Source: Thecamonas trahens ATCC 50062 (Eukaryota > Protista > Apusomonadida). From it: a DNA stretch of 64,000 nucleotides. The first letter of the stretch is position 1. The number at the start of each line of letters is the position of its first letter. The DNA is taken from contig NW_013657641.1 of the NCBI RefSeq assembly GCF_000142905.1, forward strand, positions 254,907-318,906. The letters run 5' to 3'. Position numbers and translations under genes: made by a program. Below, in pieces: positions 1-9,996 of this stretch. The notes beneath the pieces were generated by a model, which made no database searches, was not told the origin of the DNA, and saw only the letters and a program-made list of their open reading frames with translations.

Positions 1-1578
1 GGTCCAGGAGATGGCGATGATGAGCAAGTCCGGGAGCGAGGGAGCGTCGATCATGGCGACATAGGCCGAGACGGCGTAGGCGCGTAGCTCGTCGTCGGCG
101 TCGTCGTCGCCGGTGCCCTCAGCAATGAGGCGGAGCAGGTCGTCGAGCATGGCCGGCGATACAACGGTCGGCGCGTACTCAAAGACCAGGTTCATGACAC
201 GGACGTACCAGGTGGAGCTCGGCGCATAGCGCTCGGCGAGGTTGGCGATGCGCTCGACGAGGTCGGTGCGGAGGTGGGTGTCGACCGAGGAGCGAAGGTA
301 GGCGAGGAGGCGCTCGACAACGGCCGACACGTTGTGCGGATTGGTCATCTTGAACAGAAGGTCCAGCGTCTTGCGCTTGAGGGTGTCGTCGTCACCCTCG
401 AGCGAGTCGAGGACGGTGACGGCGTGGCGGGCGGCGTACTTGGGGTCGAGCGCCACAATCTGCGAGAGGGCGGTGATGCCGACGTAGCGGAGGTTGTTGT
501 TGGTGGAGCCAATAAACTTGGAGACCATGTTGGCGGCCATCTCAAGGAGCAGCGTGTTGGGGTACATGGTGGCGATGGTGCGGACGGCTTCGAGCACTAC
601 CGAGAAGCCGGCAAAGACGCCGCAGTCGGCCTTGACCATGGCAACCTTGACAACCTCGTACGCTGATTCTGAGCCGCGCAGGTTGTCGGCGCAGAGCAGG
701 CCGATAATGCGCAGAAGCTGGATCTGGATCCACGGCGCAGGCACGCCGTGGTAGGAAAAAGTGGACGCGAGCTTGTTGTCGGCGACTTGCTTGAGAATTG
801 AGACAAACGAGGGGATTAGGTCGATCCACCCCGCCTTGTCCACCACAACCAGGTCGTGGATGAGAACAAGGGTGGCGGCCATGACGGCCGGGTCGCGGTC
901 GCAGAGGACTTTGCGGATCTCGTCCTGTAGACCGTCGACGACATCGGGGACCTTGGAGTAGAGCGAGTGGAGGGCCATGACGGCCTTCTTGCGCACCATG
1001 CCTGACTCGTGCTGCAACAGCGAGACGACCGACGGTAGGACAGCCGGGATGTAGTCTGCCGAGAGCAGGGCCGTGCTGACAAGAGCCACACAGACCTCGA
1101 GCACGTTGGTCGACTTGAGATCGCGCTGCAGCGAGTGGACGAGCAGGATGATGAGCTCGTGTTCTGGATGCAGAAAGAGGGCAGCAGCAAGGTAGCCTGT
1201 CCGCTTGTGGAGGATGTTCTTCTCCTGAGTCAGGTTAACGGCGTGGATGTACGCCGGTTCAAACGAGAAGCCGAGCATTTCACAGTACATGGCCCTCACC
1301 AGCAGCTCCTTCTTGCCCTTGGCCGGCATGTCCGGGTTCTTCAGCGCAGTCTTGACCGTCTCCATCTCGTTCCGTACAATACGTTCCTCCTCCTGCCACA
1401 CCTCCTTGATCATGTGAGTGCCGAGGGGAGGGAGGTAGGGGTAGAGGGGGTAGGGGAGGGAGGGAGGGGAGGGGAGGGGAGGGGAGGGGCGTACCTGCTT
1501 GGACGTGGCCTCGCCGATGTGCTTGACCAGGCGGAAGAACTCGTGGGAGAGCCCCCGGTATGTCTCGGAGGCAGACAT
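1..1578 (-). CDS. AP4E1: AP-4 adaptor complex subunit epsilon (adaptin N-terminal region); runs off the window's left edge; intron 1393-1494
   Basis: Manual translation; absent from the ORF track because there is no stop in the window. MSASETYRGLSHEFFRLVKHIGEATSKQ|EEERIVRNEMETVK...LVRAMYCEMLG...YIHAVNLTQEKNILHKRTGYLAAALFLHPEHELIILLVHSLQRDLKS matches the AP-4 epsilon N-terminus. A GT..AG intron joins the exons in frame. Confidence 0.9.
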   Translation of the reverse strand, partial: MSASETYRGLSHEFFRLVKHIGEATSKQVRPSPPLPSPPSLPYPLYPYLPPLGTHMIKEVWQEEERIVRNEMETVKTALKNPDMPAKGKKELLVRAMYCEMLGFSFEPAYIHAVNLTQEKNILHKRTGYLAAALFLHPEHELIILLVHSLQRDLKSTNVLEVCVALVSTALLSADYIPAVLPSVVSLLQHESGMVRKKAVMALHSLYSKVPDVVDGLQDEIRKVLCDRDPAVMAATLVLIHDLVVVDKAGWIDLIPSFVSILKQVADNKLASTFSYHGVPAPWIQIQLLRIIGLLCADNLRGSESAYEVVKVAMVKADCGVFAGFSVVLEAVRTIATMYPNTLLLEMAANMVSKFIGSTNNNLRYVGITALSQIVALDPKYAARHAVTVLDSLEGDDDTLKRKTLDLLFKMTNPHNVSAVVERLLAYLRSSVDTHLRTDLVERIANLAERYAPSSTWYVRVMNLVFEYAPTVVSPAMLDDLLRLIAEGTGDDDADDELRAYAVSAYVAMIDAPSLPDLLIIAISWT

Positions 1579-1592
1579 AGGGGAAGGTGTCG

Positions 1593-1594
<2 letters not shown>

Positions 1595-1652
<58 letters not shown>
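1595..1652. repeat. (GT)n microsatellite immediately upstream of the AP4E1 start
   Basis: Seen directly in the sequence. Confidence 0.95.
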
Positions 1653-1659
<7 letters not shown>

Positions 1660-2100
1660 TGGGTGAAGTGCGTGAGGTGGGGTGACAGCGGTGGTGAGCG
1701 AGCTGACTCTGCCGGATTTCGCGGTTCGGTGCTGCCCGATCATGGCTGGGTCGGCGCCCCGGGGGGGGGGGGGGGGGCAATCATGCACACCACATCTATG
1801 CCTCTTGATATTTGACCATCTCTGCCACCCAGCCTAACCCTCGATGATGCGTGACTTCAAGGTCACCAGCCGACGCTGCGCGACGCATGCTTGGCCTGTG
1901 GCTTGAGGTGGGAGGCGCGCCCGCACGTGATGGCGGCCGACACGTAGACGCCTGCCTGAAGGATGCCCGAGCTGCCGTCGCGGTGACGCCCCGACGATCG
2001 GGAAGGAGAGCATGATAGAGCTGAGCACAGCGGCCGGGCGGGAGAGCGCGAGGACGTCGTGGATCGTCTTGCAACGGACGAGCTTGCCGGTCGGCGTGGC

Positions 2101-2570
2101 CGCGCAAGTGGTGGCACGCTATCTTGTACTGGATTCTGGACGCCGCGCTCATCAACGCGTCCGCGCTCTACGCCGACGCAAGCCCACGCCCCGCCATGAC
2201 TCACGTGGCTTTTCTCTACGACATCATCGACGCCCTCGCCGCCGGCGCCGACGTCGTCAGCTTCGCGCTGTCGCGCAAGTGGAAGCGTCCCTCTGCAGCG
2301 GCTACTCGTCATCACCACTCTCCCCAGCAAGCCGCTCTGCGACGCGACTGCCTCCCCTGCCGGAAGGTTCATGGTAAGCGATCGCGGCCGCGGACCTTTT
2401 GCGCCGCGTGTGGCGTCCATCTCTGCATCGCCGACTGTTTTCTGTTGCGGCAGCCATTAACACATTGTACTACTCTTTTGCAACAATTCATGGACGTTGC
2501 GACGTCTGTCGAGCGTCGCGGAGCGCGGCTTGCGCGATGGACATCTTTGTCCATTGCGTACCGTAAAGGG
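2101..2570 (+). mobile_element. piggyBac-family DNA transposon remnant, copy 1 (5'-truncated transposase C-terminus plus right end)
   Basis: RKWWHAILYWILDAALINA motif and a Cys-rich C-terminal domain (CLPC...CAACGVHLCIADCF). Ends ...GTACCGTAAAGGG, a CCCTTT-type terminal repeat. Clearly homologous to 49495-49923. Confidence 0.8.
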
Positions 2571-2853
2571 ATGAGTGTGTAGGACGTTGCAAAGGCCACG
2601 ATGTCTTGATGCCCGAGATCGTGGGGGGTGAGCGGCAGAAGCAGATCGGATAAGCCCACGCCGACACACCCATGACCATGCCCCATACATGATCCCCCTC
2701 CCCTCGTTCCATCCGAACGTTCGAGGAGCAGACAAGGACACGTGACCTCCCTGGCGAATGGACGGGCAAAAAGAGTGGGAATGGGGCGGTGGGGACGACA
2801 GCGAGGTCAGTGGCACCTGACTCTCACCAGTGTAGCAAGAGAGAGAAGGAAGT

Positions 2854-4188
2854 ATGTACAAGATGACCATTGCTGCTGTGCTGGCAGTCATGGCTGTGTC
2901 ACTGTCCTTGGCGGCGGTGGCAGTGGAGGGCAAGGGCGTGACACTGGGTCTCTCGCGGACAGAGCATGGATTCAAGGCGGACAAGGAGATGATGATGATG
3001 ATGACGGCGGCGGATTCGATGCGCCCGCATGCCTCGCATACCCTGCTCAAGCCGGGTGTCGGTGCCAAGACGGTTGAGGTGCCCATGTCTGGCGGACTCC
3101 TCACTCTCGGTGCTTACTACATCAACGTCACCATCGGCAGCCAGCCGTTCCTCGCCCTCGTCGACACCGGCTCGTCCAACATCTGGGTGACCGGCTACAA
3201 GCCTGACGCCAAGTACGCTCCGGTGGCCTGCAACTCACCGGTCTGCCAAAAGTGCAACACGGACGGCTCGGGCTCTTGCCTCTTTGGCCCGCCCATGTGC
3301 GAGAACGAGGTCTGCCAGTTTGGCATCACCTACGGCGGCGGCGGCTCGCTGGCGGCCGGCCCGCTCGCCACCGATACCATTTGCGTTGGCGGCCTCTGCA
3401 CCGACTCGGCGCCGTTTGGCCGCGTGGAGACGAACCTTCCGCCGGGTCCGGGTGCGTTATCGGCCATTGTCGGCCTGGCCTTTGAGCGCAACGCGTGCAA
3501 CCCGTCGTGCGTCCCGACGCTCTTCGACTCGCTTGTGGCCGACAACGCTGGGGTCGAGCCATTTTTTGGCATGTGCCTCACCCAGGACCGCGGCGGCGTC
3601 ATTGACGTCGGATTTGTCAACACCTCGCGTGTCTCGGCGCCGTTTGTCGACATCTACGTCACCCACGAGCACTGGTACAACATCGAGGTTGTTGACTTTG
3701 TCATCGATGGCCACGGCCTCGGGCTGCCCGAGCTTGTGTACAAGGTCACTAACGACGTCATTGGCTCGTTCGTCGACTCGGGCACGTCACTCCTCCTCCT
3801 TGGCTCCCTGCCGTTTGCCGCGCTCGCAGAGCGCATGACGACCCAGTACGCCTCGCTCCCGGGCATGTCAGGCTCGTCCAACTTTTTCACCGGCGCCTGC
3901 TTCCCGACCTCGCTCGTCGACCCGCAGCTCGCCAACTACCCGGCGATCTCGGTTGCCATCAAGACGAACGACCCGAAGGAGCGGACCAAGGTTGTGACCC
4001 TTGCCATTCCGGCCTCGTCGTACCTCCTCAAGGCCGGATCGCAGCGTTGCCTCGGCATCGCCTCTGTCTCGGGCATCGGCGCCATCCTCGGCGACGTCTT
4101 CCTCGAGAACTACTACACCGTCTACTACCCGCAGGCCGGCAAGATCTCCATCGCCGAGGTCTTTGAGTCCAACTGCGTCCCGTCATAG
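2854..4188 (+). CDS. Secreted pepsin-family (A1) aspartic protease
   Basis: Signal-peptide-like N-terminus, two catalytic motifs VDTGSS and VDSGTS, and ILGDVFLENYYTVY at the C-terminus. Confidence 0.9.
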   Translation: MYKMTIAAVLAVMAVSLSLAAVAVEGKGVTLGLSRTEHGFKADKEMMMMMTAADSMRPHASHTLLKPGVGAKTVEVPMSGGLLTLGAYYINVTIGSQPFLALVDTGSSNIWVTGYKPDAKYAPVACNSPVCQKCNTDGSGSCLFGPPMCENEVCQFGITYGGGGSLAAGPLATDTICVGGLCTDSAPFGRVETNLPPGPGALSAIVGLAFERNACNPSCVPTLFDSLVADNAGVEPFFGMCLTQDRGGVIDVGFVNTSRVSAPFVDIYVTHEHWYNIEVVDFVIDGHGLGLPELVYKVTNDVIGSFVDSGTSLLLLGSLPFAALAERMTTQYASLPGMSGSSNFFTGACFPTSLVDPQLANYPAISVAIKTNDPKERTKVVTLAIPASSYLLKAGSQRCLGIASVSGIGAILGDVFLENYYTVYYPQAGKISIAEVFESNCVPS

Positions 4189-4411
4189 CTCGATAAACCG
4201 TCACCGCGCCGCTGCCGAAGTGGATGCATGCACCAGCGGCGGGAGCGGGCAAAATAAATAGTATGCAACAAAAGGCGGTCACCCCCGCTGCTTACGCCAG
4301 CCAAAGAAAGGCGAGCACGCCAGCCAGGCCGTGCTGATGGGCGCGTGCGGCAGGCGGGGAGGAGAGCACACTTGCCTCTGCCTAGTCTCCAACTCCAAAT
4401 ATCTTGTTGCC

Positions 4412-6109
4412 ATGTTCTCAGGCTTCTTCTGGCCGCTTATTCTCCGCACCGTTGCCGGTGCGCAGACGGTGTACGGCCTTGTCCTCGCTGCCGACGTTGG
4501 CAACCTGGCTCTTGTAGCCGGTACGCTGACAGGCCTCACTGCTATGGCCGTTTTCGTGGCTGCGGCCTGGGGGCTCTCCAAGCCATCGATTGTGGCGGCG
4601 TGGCGGGCAAAGGTTGCGCATGGAGCCGGCGGCTCTGTCGATGGCGAGCGAGGCATGCGGAGCGATCGGCTGGATGTGCTCGGTGTGGAGCAGGTCTACG
4701 TCGACGCTGATCCGGTGCCGCTGGAAACGTTTGGCGCGGCGGGTCGAGCCGAGCGGATTGCGGGCGGAACGGTGATGGTGGTTGGCGGCGGTGTGTCGGG
4801 CCTCGGCGCGGCCTGGGCGCTGGAGCAGGACGGGTGGCAGGTGACACTCATCGAGGCCGAGGCCGAGCTCGGCGGGCATACGACGACGCTGCGTGGGGAG
4901 GATCTCGGTTTGCCGGCGGATCCTGTGACCGGCGCCGTGCCGACGGTCGACCCCGGGTTCCAGATCTGCAACCCGCTGCACTACCCGGGCTTGCTCGCCT
5001 GGTTCCGCAAGTTGGGCAAGTACGTGGCGCTGCGACCGACCGAGAACTCGCTCTCTGTCTCGTCGCATGTCGACGGCTACGGCTGGGCGTCGTGCGCGTC
5101 GTGGCTCGGGCTGGTCAAGTGTCTCGCGCTGCGCGGGCGGAAGTTTGCGGCCATGATGCGCGATATGGTCCGGTTCCACGCCGAGGCAGAGGGCTACCTC
5201 ACTGCTCTGCCGGACATGACGCTGCGCGAGTTTGTGGCGCGCGAAGGGTACTCGGACGCGTTTGCGGCCGACTACCTCATGCCGTGCGTTGCGTCACTGT
5301 GGTCGTGCTCGGCTGAGGGCGCATGGGCGTGCTCGATCCACTTTATCATCCGCTTCTTCCGCAACCACCACATGCTCAACATCTTTTCTCGCCCGGTCTG
5401 GCACACGCTCATCGGCGGCTCGTCGACGTACGTTGACGCGTTTAAGGCCTCGTTTAGGGGCACGATTGTGACCAGTGCGCCGGCGGCACGGTTGGTCCAC
5501 GCGCCCAACGGTGGCGAAGCGTGGCGGGTGACGACTGCCGACGGGCGGAGCTTTGACGCCTCGGCCGTCGTCCTCGCCACCCACTCGTCGACGACGCTGC
5601 GGCTGCTGCAGGCCTCGAGCGCCGCGGTGACGTCCGGGCTCGGTACGCGGCGCGCATCGGCGTTGCTTGCCACGCTCAACGAGCTGCCATACTACTCGAG
5701 CAAGGTCTACGTCCACACCGACGCGTCGCTCATGCCCGCGGCGCGCGAGCTGTGGGCCTCATGGAACTCGGTCGTGCTTAGCACTGGCGAGTCGATCTGC
5801 ACATACTACGTCAACAAGCTGCAGGCGCCCGACTACACCGGCACGGACATCTTTGTCACCGTGGTGCCAGAGGGCACGTCTGCGGCGGCGCTCCCGTCCG
5901 ACCTCTCTCTCCTCCGCAAGCTCCCGTTCGACTGGGAGCACCCGTCGATGTCTGTGGGCGCAGTGGCAGCGCGGTGCTGCGACGCATCGCTCCAGCATCC
6001 GGGCGATGGACTCGTGCTCGCGGGCGCGTGGCTTGGCAACGGCTTCCATGAGGCCGGCTTCCAGTCAGGCCTGCGCGCGGCAGCGGCGCTGGGCGACGCG
6101 CGGCTGTAG
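4412..6109 (+). CDS. Membrane-anchored FAD-dependent oxidoreductase, COG2907 / amine-oxidase-like (UfaD-like; same domain as the N-terminus of plant cyclopropane synthases)
   Basis: Motifs VVGGGVSGLGAAW, EAEAELGGH, VDPGFQICNPLHYP, IRFFRNHHML, VHTDASLMP..W.SWN, YYVNKLQ and AGAWLGNGFHEAGFQSG. Hydrophobic N-terminal segments. Start codon uncertain. Confidence 0.85.
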   Translation: MFSGFFWPLILRTVAGAQTVYGLVLAADVGNLALVAGTLTGLTAMAVFVAAAWGLSKPSIVAAWRAKVAHGAGGSVDGERGMRSDRLDVLGVEQVYVDADPVPLETFGAAGRAERIAGGTVMVVGGGVSGLGAAWALEQDGWQVTLIEAEAELGGHTTTLRGEDLGLPADPVTGAVPTVDPGFQICNPLHYPGLLAWFRKLGKYVALRPTENSLSVSSHVDGYGWASCASWLGLVKCLALRGRKFAAMMRDMVRFHAEAEGYLTALPDMTLREFVAREGYSDAFAADYLMPCVASLWSCSAEGAWACSIHFIIRFFRNHHMLNIFSRPVWHTLIGGSSTYVDAFKASFRGTIVTSAPAARLVHAPNGGEAWRVTTADGRSFDASAVVLATHSSTTLRLLQASSAAVTSGLGTRRASALLATLNELPYYSSKVYVHTDASLMPAARELWASWNSVVLSTGESICTYYVNKLQAPDYTGTDIFVTVVPEGTSAAALPSDLSLLRKLPFDWEHPSMSVGAVAARCCDASLQHPGDGLVLAGAWLGNGFHEAGFQSGLRAAAALGDARL

Positions 6110-6149
6110 CACAGATAGAGATTGAATTTATTGTTGCTTCCGCCGAGCA

Positions 6150-7508
6150 TTACATGTACATGGTGGTGGGTGCATCGGAGGAGCGCCGGAGGCGTCGGAT
6201 GCGATCCTGCTCCTCCTCTTGCTTGGCGTGCTTGATGCGGAGCTTGATGAGGGCCTTCCGCTCGCGTGATGCCGATCGCTCCATGCGCGAGGTGTTGGCG
6301 GCCTGGGCGATGGACGGGACGAGAACGAGGAGGGTACGGATGGCGCGCGCAGCGGCAAGGCCGTCCTCGTACGCCGGCGAGGCGCGGAGAAGGAGCGCTG
6401 TGACGTGCGGAGCAACAATGACCGACGCGTTGGCCAAGAGCGCGCCGGCGACGCCCGAGATCGCGCCCTTGGCCAGCGGGCCGTAGGCGAGGACCGAGAG
6501 CGTCCTTGCAGTGTCCTCGTGGGTGGTGAGGAAGTGATCGGTGTGTGACGAGGCGTCCGAGTCCGAGCCGCCATCGTCGCTCTCGCTCTCGTGACCGCCA
6601 TAGCCCGGCGAGTCCGAGTCCGAGTACGAGTCGGAGCCGCCGTCGGGCTCCATCAGGTGAATGGCGTGGATCGAGTGCGCCATCATGCCAGTAGGCGGCA
6701 GCGCCGGGCCCGGGAATATCGGTGGTGCGCCGTGGCGCGACCGCGACCGCGACCGCCGCGGCGCCAGCGGAATGGTGTCGCCGTCGTCGGTGGTGAGCTC
6801 GGTTTCGGGCTCGGCCTCGAGCGTGTACACGTGCGGCGACTCGTGGCGCCCGGCCCAGGCCAGGATGTGGTCGACGTACGACGCAATGAGCGCTGGCGGA
6901 AGCTTGAACTCGGAGTAAAAGACCACCAGTCGCTCATCGCCGTGGACACGGAGCGGGAACGCCGGCTGGCCGTCGACCACGATGGCGTCGGCCGGGAGCG
7001 ACGGCGCCGTAAAGTAGCCGATGAGCGGCAGCTCGAGCTCGCGGATGATGTGCTTGGCGACAAGCGCGCCAATGTTTCCAACCACCGACGGGAAGCCCTC
7101 GAGGACAGGTGCCCCATCGGCTGCCGCCGCGCCATCAAGCTCGTTGAGCACAAAGTCGCCATGGGCGTAGGCCTGGCGGACCTGGCGCCGGCGAATGACA
7201 CCTGGTACCGAGCTGATCTCGCGTGCACTTGCCATCGGTGACTTGACCTTGGCTTCGGCCGTCTCCTTGTCGCTGCTGTCGCTGCTCGTCATCGTGTGCT
7301 GAAGCGCAGACGCCAGCGGTGGCACGAGCTCGGACGCCACAAGCGAGACCTTGGCCGATCCGGCCGGCACCGGGGTTGGCGACTTGGAGCCTGGCGATTC
7401 CGAGCTCGACTTTCCCGCCGCCTCGGCCGCAGCAGCTGCAGCTGCAGCTGCCGCCGCCGACCGGGGACCCGGCGGTGATCCGTGAGTCAGATCCGATGGC
7501 CCGTTCAT
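6150..7508 (-). CDS. PAC2-family proteasome assembly chaperone/activator (archaeal PbaA/PbaB-like) with C-terminal HbYX motif
   Basis: VLEGFPSVVGNIGALVAKHIIRELELPLIGYF...P...IVVDG.P.FPLRV, GAISGVAGALL, and the C-terminus ...TTMYM*. Confidence 0.7.
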   Translation of the reverse strand: MNGPSDLTHGSPPGPRSAAAAAAAAAAAEAAGKSSSESPGSKSPTPVPAGSAKVSLVASELVPPLASALQHTMTSSDSSDKETAEAKVKSPMASAREISSVPGVIRRRQVRQAYAHGDFVLNELDGAAAADGAPVLEGFPSVVGNIGALVAKHIIRELELPLIGYFTAPSLPADAIVVDGQPAFPLRVHGDERLVVFYSEFKLPPALIASYVDHILAWAGRHESPHVYTLEAEPETELTTDDGDTIPLAPRRSRSRSRHGAPPIFPGPALPPTGMMAHSIHAIHLMEPDGGSDSYSDSDSPGYGGHESESDDGGSDSDASSHTDHFLTTHEDTARTLSVLAYGPLAKGAISGVAGALLANASVIVAPHVTALLLRASPAYEDGLAAARAIRTLLVLVPSIAQAANTSRMERSASRERKALIKLRIKHAKQEEEQDRIRRLRRSSDAPTTMYM

Positions 7509-8063
7509 GTCAAAGGTAGGGGTGGGGGTGGGTGGAGGGGGGGGGGGTGGCTGCGTTCCTCAATTTGAGAACACAATTCGGGAAGGGCGAGGATTCGGCG
7601 ATGAGAACATGTGAGTGAGGGCGGGCGGGGTGATGGAAATGGCGGCGATACGCAGAGAACAAATGCAATGAGGCGGAATGAGGGATGCACAAGAACGTAC
7701 TTGGGGGTAGGTAACCTTGACTGCCTTGTGGCTGTTGTTTCTATCTTGTTTCTACTTGGTCGAGTCGATGAACTCGGACGCGCACGCGGAGGGGCGAAGG
7801 GGACGGCGGAAGTGTTCCGAGTGGCTTCGGGCGAAAGTGAGTCAGGTGAATGGCACGAGCAGAGTGTGTGATGCGAGTAGGCGCAAACGATTGGATGAAC
7901 CAATATTGGGGGAGGAGGTTTGGAACATGATGTGTTTGTGGCAGGAACAATGGCTATGACGCCACGCAACAAACGCGCCGTGCCGCACGTGCGGTACCGC
8001 CGACCGAACAACTGCCGGCCGGCCGGCCAAGAGAGGACAGGGTAGGATGTGATGGGTGCGGCT

Positions 8064-9899
8064 TCAGAAGGCCTCCCCGGAAAAGTCCGAGCCTGAGTCG
8101 TCGTCATCGAGGTCGACGTCTGAGGCTACGACGCCCTGGATGTTGGCCGGCTCGGCGGGGACCTCGACCTCCTCCTCGTAGTACTCGTACTCATCGTCGT
8201 CGTCGTCGACGCCGGCGGCTGCGGCGACGGCGTTGACGACGGCGTCGAGCGCATCACCGGCGCCTGCAGCTGCAGCGCCATCGTCGGCTGCGTCATCGTC
8301 GGCGTCGGCGACGTCAATGTCGACGGCGTTGACATCAGCGCGGGTAGTGTCTGCAGCGGCGGTGTCTGCGGCGGCAAGGTCGTCGTCGTCGTCGAAAAAG
8401 TCGGACGAGGCAAACGAGGCGTTGGTGGCGGCGAGGTCGTGGCCGGACGGCGAGATGCCGACCTCGTACTCGGACGGCGGCTCGCAGACGAGCTTGGGCG
8501 CGACGCAGACAACAATGTCCTCGTCCTCGTGCGGCGGGAAGACCGGCACGACCGCGGCGTCGGGGCCCTTGGGCACGCGGACGGCATCCGAGTGGGTGAG
8601 CAGCTCGCGGATGGCGGCGTCGCCGGACGGGCCGTAGATGATTTTGGCGTCCTCCTCCTCGAGCTTGCGGGCGAGCTCGGCCTCGGCCTGCGCCATGCGG
8701 CGCTTACGGCGGAGCTTGCGCTTCTTGACCGTGTCGTTGATGACGACGCGCGAGGGCCGGACAAAGACGCCGTAGGCAACGCGGTCGGCAATGTCAATCG
8801 ATTTGAGGTCGGCGTTGCGCTTTTCCTTGAGGCGGCGCTCGCGACGGCGCTTGGCGATCTCGCGGCGGACCTCGTCTTCCTCGGTCGTCTCGCCGGACTG
8901 CATGCGGCGGTAGGCAGCGTAGCCCCAGCGGAGGTGGGTAAAGGCGCCGGTGTGGAGGCGGTCGGCCTCGCGGGCGCTCCGCTTCGACTCCTGCTCTTCG
9001 ACAAACCGGGCCATGGTAGCCTCCAGTGCCTCGTCGGGCGTCCGCGTGTTCTTGGCGCAGGTAAAGTACCGCACGCCGTCGACGTAGCCAAAGTTCTTGC
9101 CGTAGTGCGGGTCGTCGAGCTCGACGCCGACCCAGGTACCGTAGGCAAACTGTGTCTGGCCCACAAACCGGACGGTGCCGGCCACGGTCTTGGGCGCGGT
9201 CCGGAACGAGAGGCCCTTGTCCTCCTCCACGCGGCCGTTTTCCTCCCACAGGTTAAGCTCCGGGTGGTCCGGGTCGACCATCTTGGGAATGGTGATGTTG
9301 TTGCGAACGACGTCGAGCTCGCGGGTCTCACGGCGGCGCTCCGCCCGGCGGCGCTTGGCCTGCGCTGTCGCCTCGTCATCGTCCGACGTGATGCCCGGAT
9401 CCTCGTCCGCAAAATCGTATCGGATGACTGGATGCGGGAGCAGGTTCGTCACCCACACCTTGGTTCCGGGCTTGAGCAAGGCCGCCGGCTCGAGACGGAC
9501 CTTGTCCGGGCGCACAAAGATGCCAAACTTCTTGCGCGCGCCCGGCGGCTTGAGCGACCCGTCCTTCTTGCGGTTCTTCTCCAGTACAAACACCGTCCGG
9601 CTTGCAATGTTGCCAAAGTTCTTGCCATGCCGCGACGAGTCGAGCTCCACGCCAAGCCAGAGTCCGGGCTCCTTTTCCGGCAGCTCGTCAGCAAAGCGAA
9701 TGACGCCGTGTGCCTCGGTCTTGCGATTGATGCGGACAGCAACCCGAGCGCCTTTACGCAGGCCCTGCGCCATCTTGTACTCTTCCCCAAGCGCCCGGAC
9801 CAGCGGGTCTCTCCTCAGCTCATGCGCAGTCATAGCCACGACGCCGCCTTGATGATAAGCTCCCGACGGCCGAAACGGAGCCCGCTCCTGCGGCTCCAC
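8064..9899 (-). CDS. Protein with two CAP-Gly domains and an acidic tail (microtubule-associated); 5' end uncertain next to a gap
   Basis: GVIRF...[18 protein letters not shown]...GIFVRP and [41 protein letters not shown]...GVFVRP. Confidence 0.85.
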   Translation of the reverse strand: MEPQERAPFRPSGAYHQGGVVAMTAHELRRDPLVRALGEEYKMAQGLRKGARVAVRINRKTEAHGVIRFADELPEKEPGLWLGVELDSSRHGKNFGNIASRTVFVLEKNRKKDGSLKPPGARKKFGIFVRPDKVRLEPAALLKPGTKVWVTNLLPHPVIRYDFADEDPGITSDDDEATAQAKRRRAERRRETRELDVVRNNITIPKMVDPDHPELNLWEENGRVEEDKGLSFRTAPKTVAGTVRFVGQTQFAYGTWVGVELDDPHYGKNFGYVDGVRYFTCAKNTRTPDEALEATMARFVEEQESKRSAREADRLHTGAFTHLRWGYAAYRRMQSGETTEEDEVRREIAKRRRERRLKEKRNADLKSIDIADRVAYGVFVRPSRVVINDTVKKRKLRRKRRMAQAEAELARKLEEEDAKIIYGPSGDAAIRELLTHSDAVRVPKGPDAAVVPVFPPHEDEDIVVCVAPKLVCEPPSEYEVGISPSGHDLAATNASFASSDFFDDDDDLAAADTAAADTTRADVNAVDIDVADADDDAADDGAAAAGAGDALDAVVNAVAAAAGVDDDDDEYEYYEEEVEVPAEPANIQGVVASDVDLDDDDSGSDFSGEAF

Positions 9900-9996
9900 A
9901 TCCTAGTGGCCACAGAGAACGATAAAGGAAGAGAGATACACACACACATACACACATGGGTGGGTGAGTATGGTCGGTGGTAGTGGGGGGGGGGGG

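Noticed and set aside
1834-1845. CTAACCCT as a piggyBac left end or telomeric seed
   Set aside because: It matches the right terminal repeat only over CCCT, has no TTAA, and is a single unit.
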